Shown one piece after another: positions 53,484-64,000 of a stretch of 64,000 nucleotides of DNA (its first letter is position 1; every line of letters begins with the position of its first letter). Made by a program: the position numbers and the translations under genes. The DNA comes from Oopsacas minuta (lineage: Eukaryota > Animalia > Porifera): contig JAKMXF010000221.1 in assembly GCA_024704765.1 (NCBI GenBank), positions 186,001 to 250,000 of the forward strand, written 5' to 3'. The notes under the pieces are model-generated. The model saw only the letters and a list, made by a program, of their open reading frames with translations. It was not told where the DNA came from and ran no database searches.

Positions 53484-56400
53484 ATGACGACTGCGGCTAG
53501 CTCTGACCGTCTTGACTTCGTGAAGCAATTCGTGCTAAAATCGATGAAAATAAAGTCTGATAAATGGGAGAAGATGAAGAGCATTGAGGACAATGAGTTG
53601 ATACTCAACGATTTTTTGGAGAAGGGAGATTCTATTTTTCTGATTTTCTATATCAATTCTGCTGGTCAACTCACACCGATGAACCAGTTCCCCCCTTCAT
53701 CCAAGAATAAAACTATATACTTTATCAAACACAAACATGAAGCGGTACAGCCAGGAAAGCTGCAACAGATTTGTTTCTATGGGGATCTATCCTACGCCCC
53801 ACTGGACCACCTAGCAGGACTTGTGGATCAGGTACCCATTTATAATAACAGTTTCGAAAATTTATGCTTATCTGTAGGGACTTGCTTATCTAGCTATTGC
53901 CTATTGGCCCAATTCTATCAGATCTATAGAATACCTGTACATTTGAAATGATTGCTGTTAGATATTCTAATTTTCGAATATCCCCGTCTATTTCTCTTCC
54001 TGTTATTTTCTTTAGATTCTTCTTCCTTTGCTTGGAAATAAATCAAATCACAATAAATGGCCATCTGTTGTAGCCACAGATGTAATGAGACATGTTCACG
54101 CCCTCAAGAACTCAGTATATGTTGTTTGCGGTCAGGTCAAAGGGCGTACCCTGCTACCCTTGCCCCCTGGTACAGAGCAGATTGTTGAGAGAGTCACTGC
54201 CTTAGAAGAGAGGTGAGTAATTAGATTTGTATTACCCTGAACTAAATAGTTAAGTTGCCACAAATATATTTCTTATACACTTTTCCATATATTCTTGAAT
54301 AACCAGAATAGAAAGAGCTTCTCAATTACCCATCTACAAATAATATTTAAATTTTTCTCTGCTACGCTAAAAATGGAGAGCAAAACTGTTCTGGCTCTAG
54401 GCTGGAATCCAAATCTGAATGAGAAGAGTGAGCTTCCTATGTCCATTAAAACTGAACCCTCCCTTAACAAACCTAAGCTCCAGATTCAGTTACCACCACG
54501 TACATTATGGACCCGTTGCATTGAGTCTGTAATGGAATATTCGCGAGTTGTGTTTGATCTGTTCTACGGTGAACACTTCCTCAGTGTTGTGTGTGCAGAC
54601 CATCTGGATAACAAGAAGAAAACTATGATTAATTGGGAGCTAGGAGACCAGAGGATCAGTCAGCTGCACTCTGCTCTCATGTCTTATGAATGTCCTTATT
54701 TAGACCCACAAGTCATGTCAACTCATCAGAACTTAGGATTCATGAACAGTCTGAATGAGAGTCTTAAACTGATATTTCAACCTACTCCGAGTGAGCTTCA
54801 GAATCCTTCAAAACCTCACGTAAATCGTATTATTATTATTTCCAGTATCTCCAGTGATACTCAACTCTCTGAGATACAGAAGCATCTAACCGTATATCTC
54901 TGCTCACAAACTGTGTTGCCTCCTCACTCCGCTCAGTTAGATATAACACTTATAAACGTACATGTTGATTGTTGTCCTCGTTCTCTTCCTAAGTCTATGC
55001 TGACTCCTGACTGCTCTTTCTGCTGCATAGCCTGTCCTGGGAGTCAGATCACAGAGCAGTTAATGGCTCTCTGTAGAAGTTTCTACACACTTAGCACTAC
55101 AATAATAAAAGGTATTCCTATGAAAGAAGAGCAGAGCAAGCCTGCACCCTCTCAGAACTATGACGTAGAATTGTACCATTCTCAAGAGGCTCAAAGAGAC
55201 TTCTCTAGGACTTATGGGTGTATCCCTCCCCCAAGTGTTATGGTACATCAAAGGAATCTTGTGTTTGACTTCAAGTGGTGTACACCCAAAAAGAGTAATA
55301 GTTTAGATTTCCGTCTTTGCTCTGGTTCCTGGCGTATCTCACCTGTACAGGTATCCCATCGTCCTACAGCTTGTCTATTCACCTTTCTCCAGTCAGGTAA
55401 CCAGGTAGTCTTGGAGCATCAAGTCTCCCCTACAGATGCTGGATCTAGTTCTATCTCATTCACTCTAATCTCTCATAACAATGCTGCCTTTCTCCATAGT
55501 ATTCCCTATATCCCACACACACATATCGAAGATACTGTAACTACTGGTATGCATGCAGGAGGACGTGTTACTGACTACAGAGTAGATGAGTTTATCCGAA
55601 TAATCGATCACAATACACTTGTCCCGATATCAATCGATCTTCACACTCTAGGGTTTGCACCTCCTCCCTGTGACCAATCTCTACGTAATCTCCTCCTACG
55701 TACACACTTCCTACCCCTAATTCATGGTGAGTCTCTCCTCCATCACCTCTCCGACAGGTTTGATCCTATCCTCTCCACTCAAGAGCTTCCTGTCATTTCA
55801 GAAGATAAGATATCTGCTTGTAAAGATCTGTTGTCAGAGTTAGATACAATGATGCGTAAAGGAGAGCCTCTTATCCAGACCAGAACCATACCTAAAGGCA
55901 AGCGTGAGGACAATTATCTGCAAGTGTGGAGAGACCTGATATATCTCTTGGATGGTACCCGATATCTGTGTGAGGGGGCTCAACAGGTCTATACACATAT
56001 GTGTTCTCTGCTGGGTAACATCCCTCAGGAACACATCAAGACATCTTTGTTACACACTGTAGAAGAAGCTAATACAGAAAATAAGAGACATATGAATAGA
56101 TTACAGAAAACACACGTGCCTCAGTCTGACCCCAGGCTAAGGAGAATTCTATCTAGCAGTTTGCCGCATTTGGAACCAGTTGGTATAAAAAGGAAATTGG
56201 ATGGTTCTCCATCTCAGCCTTCTATCCCTCTCTCTAGAACAATTCTCCAATCAACTCGGCAACCGATATCTCTCATCTCCTCCTGGACTATTAAAATGGA
56301 GAAGGAAGCTAAATCTCGTCATGTTGAGTTTGCTGGTCGTCTTAACTCTATTTCTAATAAGGCTGAGTTGTATAGTCTTAGAGCTCCTACACAGGCGGAA

Positions 56401-58791
56401 TCCTCTTATAACCTATAGCTCTCAGGAATATATCCTCCTTCTTGTGTCTAGTATTACTTTATTTCATTGTGAATTGATTCCTTCATTCATTATTGAGAAT
56501 TGATTTATGTGTATCAGTTGGCTGACTGGGCAATACATGGTATTTATCATATAATCATATTTAACACTTTATTATCTATAATCTTAGACTTTACCAATTT
56601 GTTGACTGACATTGTATTTGTTTTCTATTTCTTTTAGGGGCGAATCAATTGATAAACAAGTTGTCCATGCATTTGAAACAGTTGTGATAGAGTGGGCACA
56701 CCAGATACAAGATGTACTCAAGCAGAAATCAGACCAACAGCTGGTACAGGGACTGCACCCTGATCCTATGGTGGAGCTAGAATTCTGGAAAGATAGATGT
56801 GCTAACGTGGAGTATATTTATGAGCAGGTAGATACCTTATAATTAATGCATTAGTCTTATTTCTTACTTGTTTCATATATATAGCTGACCAGTGAGAAAG
56901 TATTAAAGATTGCTCAGTTGCTGGAATGGTCCGAGAGTACTTATTTCCAAGCCTTTAATCAGATGGTAGGTCACGTAGAGGAAGCTCTCGAAGAGGCACA
57001 GGACATATGGATGCATTTGAAGCTAATACAGCGATACTTTGAGGATATGGAGAGCACTGCTTACCCCGAACTTGAGCAAGTTGTTGCCGCCACAATACAT
57101 ATAGTATGTCTTATTTGGGCTAATTCAGTCCACTATAGACAGCCTGCTTATATTGTAACACTATTTCGAGAGTTTTCTAACTACATGATTGAGCTGGTAT
57201 GTTAATATATGTAATTTTAATTATTAATAATTAATGATTTACACTATGTATTTCTCAGACAAGAACATTCGTATGCCCAGATGAAATACTCAATCTTGAA
57301 CCTGGAGAAGCAATAGAGAAAATACAGATAGCACTTAGGACCTGTAATGCTTACATTACTCTCTTCAACCAAAAACGTCACAGCCTTAAGGACTACTTCA
57401 AAGAGGGGAACGGGTATATTGCTTGGGAGTTTGCTAGTGATATGATATTCTCTCGACTTAACCGTTTCATAGAAAAGTTGGAAACTCTGGAGGGGTTCAT
57501 CAACACTGTGATAGAGCTGCTAAAACTGGAGAAGGTAGAGATTGGGGGTTTGAAGGGACGAGCGCTTTCTGAAGAAGTTTTAGTATTATTCGAGAGTTTC
57601 AGCAATATGTATGCAGAATTCCAAAGCAAAGGATATGACAGCCTGTCACTAAATAACAATGAGTTTGAGGTAGCATACGAGAAGTTCTCTCAAGCAGTGA
57701 TGGGTATTGACAAGAAGCTGGGTAGCATTGCTTGTCTTGCATTTGATGAATGCTCTAACTGTGATCAAGCTTACAAGTTGATTGTTATTCTCGGATCGCT
57801 TGTGGAACGAACAGAAATAAAGAAAAATTTCCAAAGCAAATACCCAATTTTTATTGAAATGTACAGAAAAGATCTTGACACTTGTAAACTCATTTTTGAT
57901 ACAATGACCAGTCGTCCTGAAGGGCCTATTCTGCATAAGAACATGCCTCCAGTGTCAGGAGCTCTACGCTGGGCACAAGATCTCAGAGAGAGGATATCTA
58001 CCTCAATGATCAACATACGAGCTTTACACAGTATTAATCAAGATATGCCAGAAGTAACACTTGTTGCTTCAAAGTACGAAGAAATGTCACAGCTTATTGA
58101 CAAGTAAGTCATAACGACATAATACAAACTAATGTAAATTTGTATATAACATTTACTCTCATATAGATATGAAGAGAGACAGTATATGCAGTGGTCACAG
58201 GGAGTGAATGCTATTTGTAAAGAGAATCTAGATCGTCCACTTTTGATTAGGAATCCTCAAACCAATTTAGTTACTCTAAACTTCAGTCCTGAGCTAGTAG
58301 CTGTATTGAAAGAGGTTCACTACTTAAATCAGCGTAAGTACGGGCAAGAAGAGCATCCTGTCCCTGAGAGTGCTGTCAATATATACTCAGAGAACGAGAC
58401 CTTTCTCAAGTACGTACACAACTTAACTCTTATCCAGGACCTGTATAACAAGGTGAGAGAGACTATACTAGATGTAGAGTACCCTCTGATTGAACAGGAG
58501 CTGAGGGGCATTGATAAGAAGCTTAATCAAGCTATCAACAATATCAACTGGACTTCAGATGGTATTTACTATTTGTTCTGTATATATATGCAGGGATTAA
58601 TTAATAATTATTATACTACAGGTATTTGGGAATATATACAAGGAACACGAGACTCAGTGGTGGATTTAGAACAAAGAGTTAGACTTGCTAAACTGAATGT
58701 AGAACAGATCTCTAACGAGATGACTAAATGGTCTATATCTTCATTCTACTCTAGGAAGGATGGGAAAGATGCAAACTTATTCTATCCTGAG

Positions 58792-58845
<54 letters not shown>

Positions 58846-61800
58846 GCTTAAACATAATGTATAGCTAATTCATGGTAAAATTTATTGTATTGGGTTACAT
58901 AGGACCGTTCAGCTCAAGTAGAACCTCGCTACACCCAGATCCGCTCAGGAGCTGAAGTAATACATAGGCTGGTAGGAGAGAATCTGAAGCTGTTTGGAGG
59001 GCAAGAAGACTCAGAAACTTGGAAGAGTTATCTTGACTACCTTGATGAAATAATAGTAGACGGACTATTTGAATGTGTTGTATGTTCACTCAACTATCTG
59101 CTATTCAACTCAGACTCAACCAAGGATATCTTTCCGTTCATGCAAGTCAAGCTAGAGCTACAAGCTCCAGAGATAAGATTCGTGCCTACTCTGGACTCAG
59201 ATGATCCGAACAGTTTCTATGTAATAGTAGAAGGTCTAGTTGAAGACGTGTTTAAAGCAGCTTCTCTTGTTCCCCGCGTAGCAAATCACAATGGACAGGA
59301 GGGGTACCACTCAGACGTGGAGGAGATAGCTGAGCTATCTGATATCAGAGACGAGATCATCTCCCGAGTGCATAAAGGGATCAGTGCTGCTCTCCAATAC
59401 AAAGATACATTCAATACATATTCATATCTGTGGGTAGATGATAAGGAAGAGTTCATGCGACAGTTCTTGCTATATGGACACATGCTGACGTCAGAAGAGA
59501 TAGAACAGGTCAGCGATTGTTCACATTTATGTTATGTATCTGCTTTACTGTATGTTTATTTGATTTATGCGTAGTATGGTGATGATCCTATACCAGAGAA
59601 TAAGCCTCATCTATCCCAGTTTAAGTCTCAAATTGATAACTATGAGAAATTGTTCACAGAAATATCTAAGATGGAGAAAGCTGAGTTGTTTGACAAATGG
59701 TTCATAGCAGACAGTCATCCGTTTAAACAGGGATTACTGAATACAGTTAAGAGGTGGAGTCTCATGTTTAAGCAGCACCTCATTGATACCGTGCATAACT
59801 CTCTTAATAGCCTTGAGGAGTTCATAAAGGGTACTAAAGGGGGACTAGACGTAAGATATTGAATACTTTATTATTTAATTTCAACAATTGAAATCGTCTT
59901 ATGTAGCTATCAGTTGAGGATGGAGATTATGATGTTCTAATTAAGATAATGCACCATCTGTCAGATATAAAGGACCGTTCGTCTTCCACTGATGGAATGT
60001 TCGAGCCTCTTAAACATACCATAGAACTGCTTAAGGGATATGGTCAAGAGATGGGAGAGGAAGTATACGAGCAGCTACAGAGTCTCCCTGAGCAATGGGT
60101 GGACCTTAAGAAGCTATCTGTTGCGATGAAACAAAACGTAGCTCCTCTTCAAGCAGCTGAGGTTAATCTCATCAGGAGGAGATCTGCTAACTTTGACGTA
60201 CGACAACATGAGTTCAGAGAGAAGTTTCGTAAGGTCGCTCCCTTTTGGCTGGACTCACCTCTCCCCTATGCTACGCTAGACAAAATGTGCAGGGAAACTT
60301 GTGACATGGAGAAAGAGATGAAGACTCTGCAGGCATCCGCTGCTCTGTTTGAAGTTAGCTTCCCAGAATACAAACAGCTTAGGACTTGTAAGAAAGAGCT
60401 CAAAATGCTCAAAGATCTCTGGGATATGATAACTCTAGTGCAGAGCTCCTTTGAAGCCTGGAACTGCACCCGATGGAAGGAGATTAATGTGGAGCAGATG
60501 GAAATGGACTGTAAGCGATTCTCCAAAGACATCAGGGGGCTAGACAAGGAGTCTAGAGCATGGGATGCGTATTGTGGACTGGATGGAATGGTTAAGAATA
60601 TGCTGACGTCACTGAGAGCTGTTGGAGAATTACAGAATCCTTCAATAAGAGACAGACATTGGGAACAGCTTATGACCGCTGCTAAGGTTATTTCTAATTA
60701 TTTACTGCTACTAGTATGACGTGTTTATTTGTGTATTTACAGGTGACATTTGTGATGTCTAATGACACTTATCTAGCTGACCTATTGAAACTGAACCTAC
60801 ATAATTTTGAAGACGAGGTGCGGAATATCGTAGACAAGTCTAGCAAGGAACAGAAGATGGAGCAAGCTCTGAAAGATTTGGAGGTTACCTGGTCTCAAAT
60901 GGAGTTTGAATATGAAACTCACGAAAGGACAGGATTAAAACTTATAAAAGCTTCTGAAGATTTGATAGAAGTTCTGGAAGACAATCAAGTTCAATTACAG
61001 AATTATTTGTTGGATAAATTTGTTGCCTTCTTCTTAGACGAATTCACTTCTTGGCAGAAACGTCTTAGTATTGTAGACTCTGTTATAGCAGTATTGACTG
61101 AGGTACAACGTACTTGGTCACATCTTGAATCTATCTTCATCGGATCAGCTGATATCCGAGCTCAGCTGCCTAAAGAATCAGAATTGTTTGATGAAATTGA
61201 TTCTTTGTTTAAGAACACAATTATTGAGATGGTTAAGTATACGAATGTAGTAGAATCTTGTAATCTTCCTGACTTGTTAAAACGATACGAGGATATTCAA
61301 ACAAGACTCACTGTATGTGAGAAAGCACTGGCTGATTACCTAGACACGAAGAGACTTGCTTTCCCGCGCTTCTACTTTATATCATCTGTTGATCTGCTTG
61401 ACATCTTGTCAAAAGGGAACAATCCTCAGGCAGTTGCTAAACACTTGGCTAAGCTATTTGATAACATGGCTGCGCTTAAGTTTGAAGAAGAGGGTGGTAA
61501 TCAAACTAAGAATGCTATCGGCATGTATAGCAAAGAGAAAGAGTACGTAGACTTGTTTCAAATGTGCGAGTGTGTTGGTAGAGTAGAATTATGGTTGAAT
61601 AAACTGTTAGATCGTATGCAAGAGACTGTTCGAGAGACATTTGCGGATGGAGTTGTTTCATATGAAGAAAAGGCTAGAGAGCATTGGATATTTGATTACC
61701 CGGCTCAAGTTGCTCTAGCTGTAACTCAGATCTGGTGGACACTTGAGGTTGGAGTAGCCTTCTCACGAATGGAAGAAGGGTTTGAAAACGCGTTACGGGA

Positions 61801-64000
61801 TTATTTTAAGAAACAAGTGCAACAGCTACACACGTTAATCTCTATGCTACTCACAGACCTCAATAAGGGCGATAGGCAGAAGATCATGACTATATGTACC
61901 ATTGGTAAGTTAACTATAGACATTATTTTAATTATAAGGAAATTTATCGTATTTATATAGACGTACACGCTAGAGATGTTGTAGCTAAAATGATAGCTCA
62001 GAAGATTGAGAATGCTCAGGCATTTTTATGGCTTAGTCAGCTACGTCACAGATGGTCTGAAGAGAAAAAACATTGTTTTGCTAATATTTGTGATGCTGAA
62101 TTCAGATACTCTTATGAGTACCTTGGTAACACTGCTAGACTGGTGATCACTCCTCTCACTGACAGGTGAATTATTCACAAATATTTAGATAAACTAGCTA
62201 TTTATATACATATCTGTTACCATCTTATAGATGTTATATTACGCTTACTCAGTCACTTCATCTCACCATGAGTGGTGCTCCTGCCGGGCCAGCAGGAACT
62301 GGAAAGACAGAGACTACAAAAGATCTGGGTCGTGCTCTGGGAATAATGGTCTATGTGTTCAACTGCTCTGAACAGATGGATTATAAGTCTATTGGGAATA
62401 TTTACAAAGGTTTATCACAGACAGGTGCTTGGGGTTGTTTTGATGAGTTCAATAGAATTGCAGTAGAAGTGTTGTCTGTTGTCGCTGTGCAGGTGAAATG
62501 CATCCAAGATTCCCTGAGAGACAAGAAAACACGGTTTATGTTCTTAGGCGAGGAGATTAACCTTAACAGTACTGTAGGCATATTCATTACAATGAATCCG
62601 GGATATGCAGGACGAACTGAACTGCCCGAAAACTTAAAATCTCTATTCAGACCGTGTGCTATGGTAGTGCCAGACTTTGAGCTAATTTGTGAGATTATGT
62701 TAGTAGCCGAGGGCTTTATCGATGCACGCTTGTTGGCTCGTAAATTTATCACTCTCTACACTCTCTGTAAAGATCTGCTCTCCAAACAGCCTCATTACGA
62801 TTGGGGATTAAGAGCCATTAAATCTGTGTTGGTGGTAGCTGGTTCTCTCAAGAGAGGGGACAGAAGTCGACCTGAGGATCAGGTGTTGATGAGAGCTCTT
62901 AGAGATTTCAACATTCCTAAGATTATCACTGACGATCTGCCCGTGTTCATGGGTCTTATCAGTGATCTGTTCCCTGCTTTGGATGTTCCCAGAAAGAGAG
63001 ATTTAGTATTTGAGACTGATGTTAAGAAAGCTGTAACGGAATTAAAGTTGCAGCCAGAAGATAGTTTCTGTCTTAAAATTGTACAATTTGAGGAGATCTT
63101 AGTCGTGAGACATTCTGTGTTTGTTATAGGAGCTGCAGGAACTGGTAAGACTCAAATTATTAAATCTCTAAACAAGACATACCAAATAATGGGCATGAAG
63201 CCTTACATTAACTATATCAATCCGAAAGCTGTTACGACTGACGAGTTGTACGGAGTTATTAATCCCTCCACCAGAGAATGGAAAGATGGACTCTTCTCAA
63301 CTACTATGCGTGACTTGTCCAATATTCCCAATGAGAATCCTAAATGGATTGTACTCGATGGAGACATAGATCCCATGTGGATAGAGTCCCTCAATACAGT
63401 CATGGATGATAACAAGGTTCTCACTCTTGCGTCGAATGAACGAGTTCCTCTCAACCCTTCAATGAGACTAGTTTTTGAAATATCACATGTAAGAGAGGCT
63501 ACCCCTGCTACTGTGTCACGTGCTGGTATCCTATTTGTTAACTACGCAGATTTAGGATGGAATCCTCCGATAGCTTCTTGGATTGAGACTCGTCCAATTC
63601 AATCAGAGCGAGCTAACCTAACTATACTATTCGATAAATATGTACCGTTTTGCTTGGACACCCTCCGCACCAGATTCCGTAAGATCACACCAATTGTAGA
63701 TCAGTGCATGACACAAATGCTGTGTTACTTGTTGGAGTGTTTACTGACGAAAGAGAACACACCAGCTGATTGTCCTAAGGAATGGTATGAGCTTTATTTC
63801 GTATTCGCGTCTGTGTGGGCTTTTGGAGGGACAATGTTCCAGGATCAGCTGATTGACTGGCGTACAGAGTTCAGCAAGTGGTGGGTGAACGAGTTCAAAG
63901 TAATTAAATTCCCAACTCAAGGCACTGTATTCGACTACTACATAGATAATGAGCAACACAAATGGGTTCCATGGAGCGAGAAGGTGCCAAAATTCGCATA
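53484..64000 (+). CDS. Axonemal outer-arm beta-type dynein heavy chain (DNAH9/11/17 class), 3'-partial, multi-exon
   Basis: Exons from 53484-53831, 54016-54212, 56638-56827 onward. DHC-N1/N2 motifs, AFPRFYF, AAA1 [30 protein letters not shown]2 GAAGTGKT. Confidence 0.95.
54373..56418 (+). CDS. INTS13: Integrator complex subunit 13 (Asunder), intronless, nested on the same strand in dynein intron 54213-56637
   Basis: [54 protein letters not shown] and VEFAGRL motifs. First ATG at 54373 (the track start is TTG). Confidence 0.85.
   Translation: MESKTVLALGWNPNLNEKSELPMSIKTEPSLNKPKLQIQLPPRTLWTRCIESVMEYSRVVFDLFYGEHFLSVVCADHLDNKKKTMINWELGDQRISQLHSALMSYECPYLDPQVMSTHQNLGFMNSLNESLKLIFQPTPSELQNPSKPHVNRIIIISSISSDTQLSEIQKHLTVYLCSQTVLPPHSAQLDITLINVHVDCCPRSLPKSMLTPDCSFCCIACPGSQITEQLMALCRSFYTLSTTIIKGIPMKEEQSKPAPSQNYDVELYHSQEAQRDFSRTYGCIPPPSVMVHQRNLVFDFKWCTPKKSNSLDFRLCSGSWRISPVQVSHRPTACLFTFLQSGNQVVLEHQVSPTDAGSSSISFTLISHNNAAFLHSIPYIPHTHIEDTVTTGMHAGGRVTDYRVDEFIRIIDHNTLVPISIDLHTLGFAPPPCDQSLRNLLLRTHFLPLIHGESLLHHLSDRFDPILSTQELPVISEDKISACKDLLSELDTMMRKGEPLIQTRTIPKGKREDNYLQVWRDLIYLLDGTRYLCEGAQQVYTHMCSLLGNIPQEHIKTSLLHTVEEANTENKRHMNRLQKTHVPQSDPRLRRILSSSLPHLEPVGIKRKLDGSPSQPSIPLSRTILQSTRQPISLISSWTIKMEKEAKSRHVEFAGRLNSISNKAELYSLRAPTQAESSYNL
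58795..58845. repeat. (ATT)17 microsatellite at the 5' end of a dynein intron
   Basis: Perfect ATT run starting right after the donor GAG|GTT at 58792. Confidence 0.95.

Noticed and set aside
58186-58851. Poly-isoleucine C-terminus in the ORF track
   Set aside because: It is an artefact of reading into the intronic (ATT)17. The exon ends at 58791 and resumes in frame at 58903.
1-64000. Bacterial contamination, CRISPR arrays, rRNA or tRNA genes
   Set aside because: Spliceosomal introns and animal genes occur throughout. I saw no repeat-spacer arrays or recognisable structural RNA genes by eye; an Infernal/tRNAscan run would be needed to exclude small ncRNAs.

Overview
Gene-dense, AT-rich eukaryotic DNA with spliceosomal GT-AG introns mostly 45-100 nt long and intergenic gaps mostly 140-450 nt. 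The gene content is animal (RanBP2, PTB-SH2 adaptor, espin-like protein, INTS13, Maf-like bZIP). The compactness suggests an early-branching, compact-genome metazoan. A glass sponge is my best guess, but that is unverified inference. I can support about 23 host genes: an F-BAR/J-domain gene, a nested 7TM ORF, a coiled-coil ORF, PTPA, an unknown 1183-aa membrane protein, dihydropyrimidinase, METAP1D, a Maf-like bZIP, a filamin-like orphan, an RdRP-helicase fusion, a Cys-less pentameric ligand-gated channel, CTDNEP1, three tandem FAAH-like amidases, TMEM144, GCP3, UBA3, an espin-like ankyrin protein, a PTB-SH2 adaptor, RanBP2, INTS13 and an axonemal dynein heavy chain (partial). There is also one near-intact Tc1 transposon and several MITE/hAT remnants. 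Highlights: (1) a single 2061-aa ORF fusing a degenerate P-loop kinase fold, a cellular RNAi-type RdRP and a Upf1-like SF1B helicase; (2) a Cys-less, bacterial-type pLGIC with a Cys-rich N-terminal extension and a fifth TM; (3) a NOSTRIN-type F-BAR fused to a DnaJ domain; (4) all four introns over 1 kb carry cargo (three nested genes, two of them on the same strand as the host, and one transposon); (5) 15 consecutive + strand genes over 45 kb, suggesting operon-like transcription or trans-splicing; (6) a mosaic, gene-converted amidase triplet. All assignments come from motif recognition by eye; no database searches were run.
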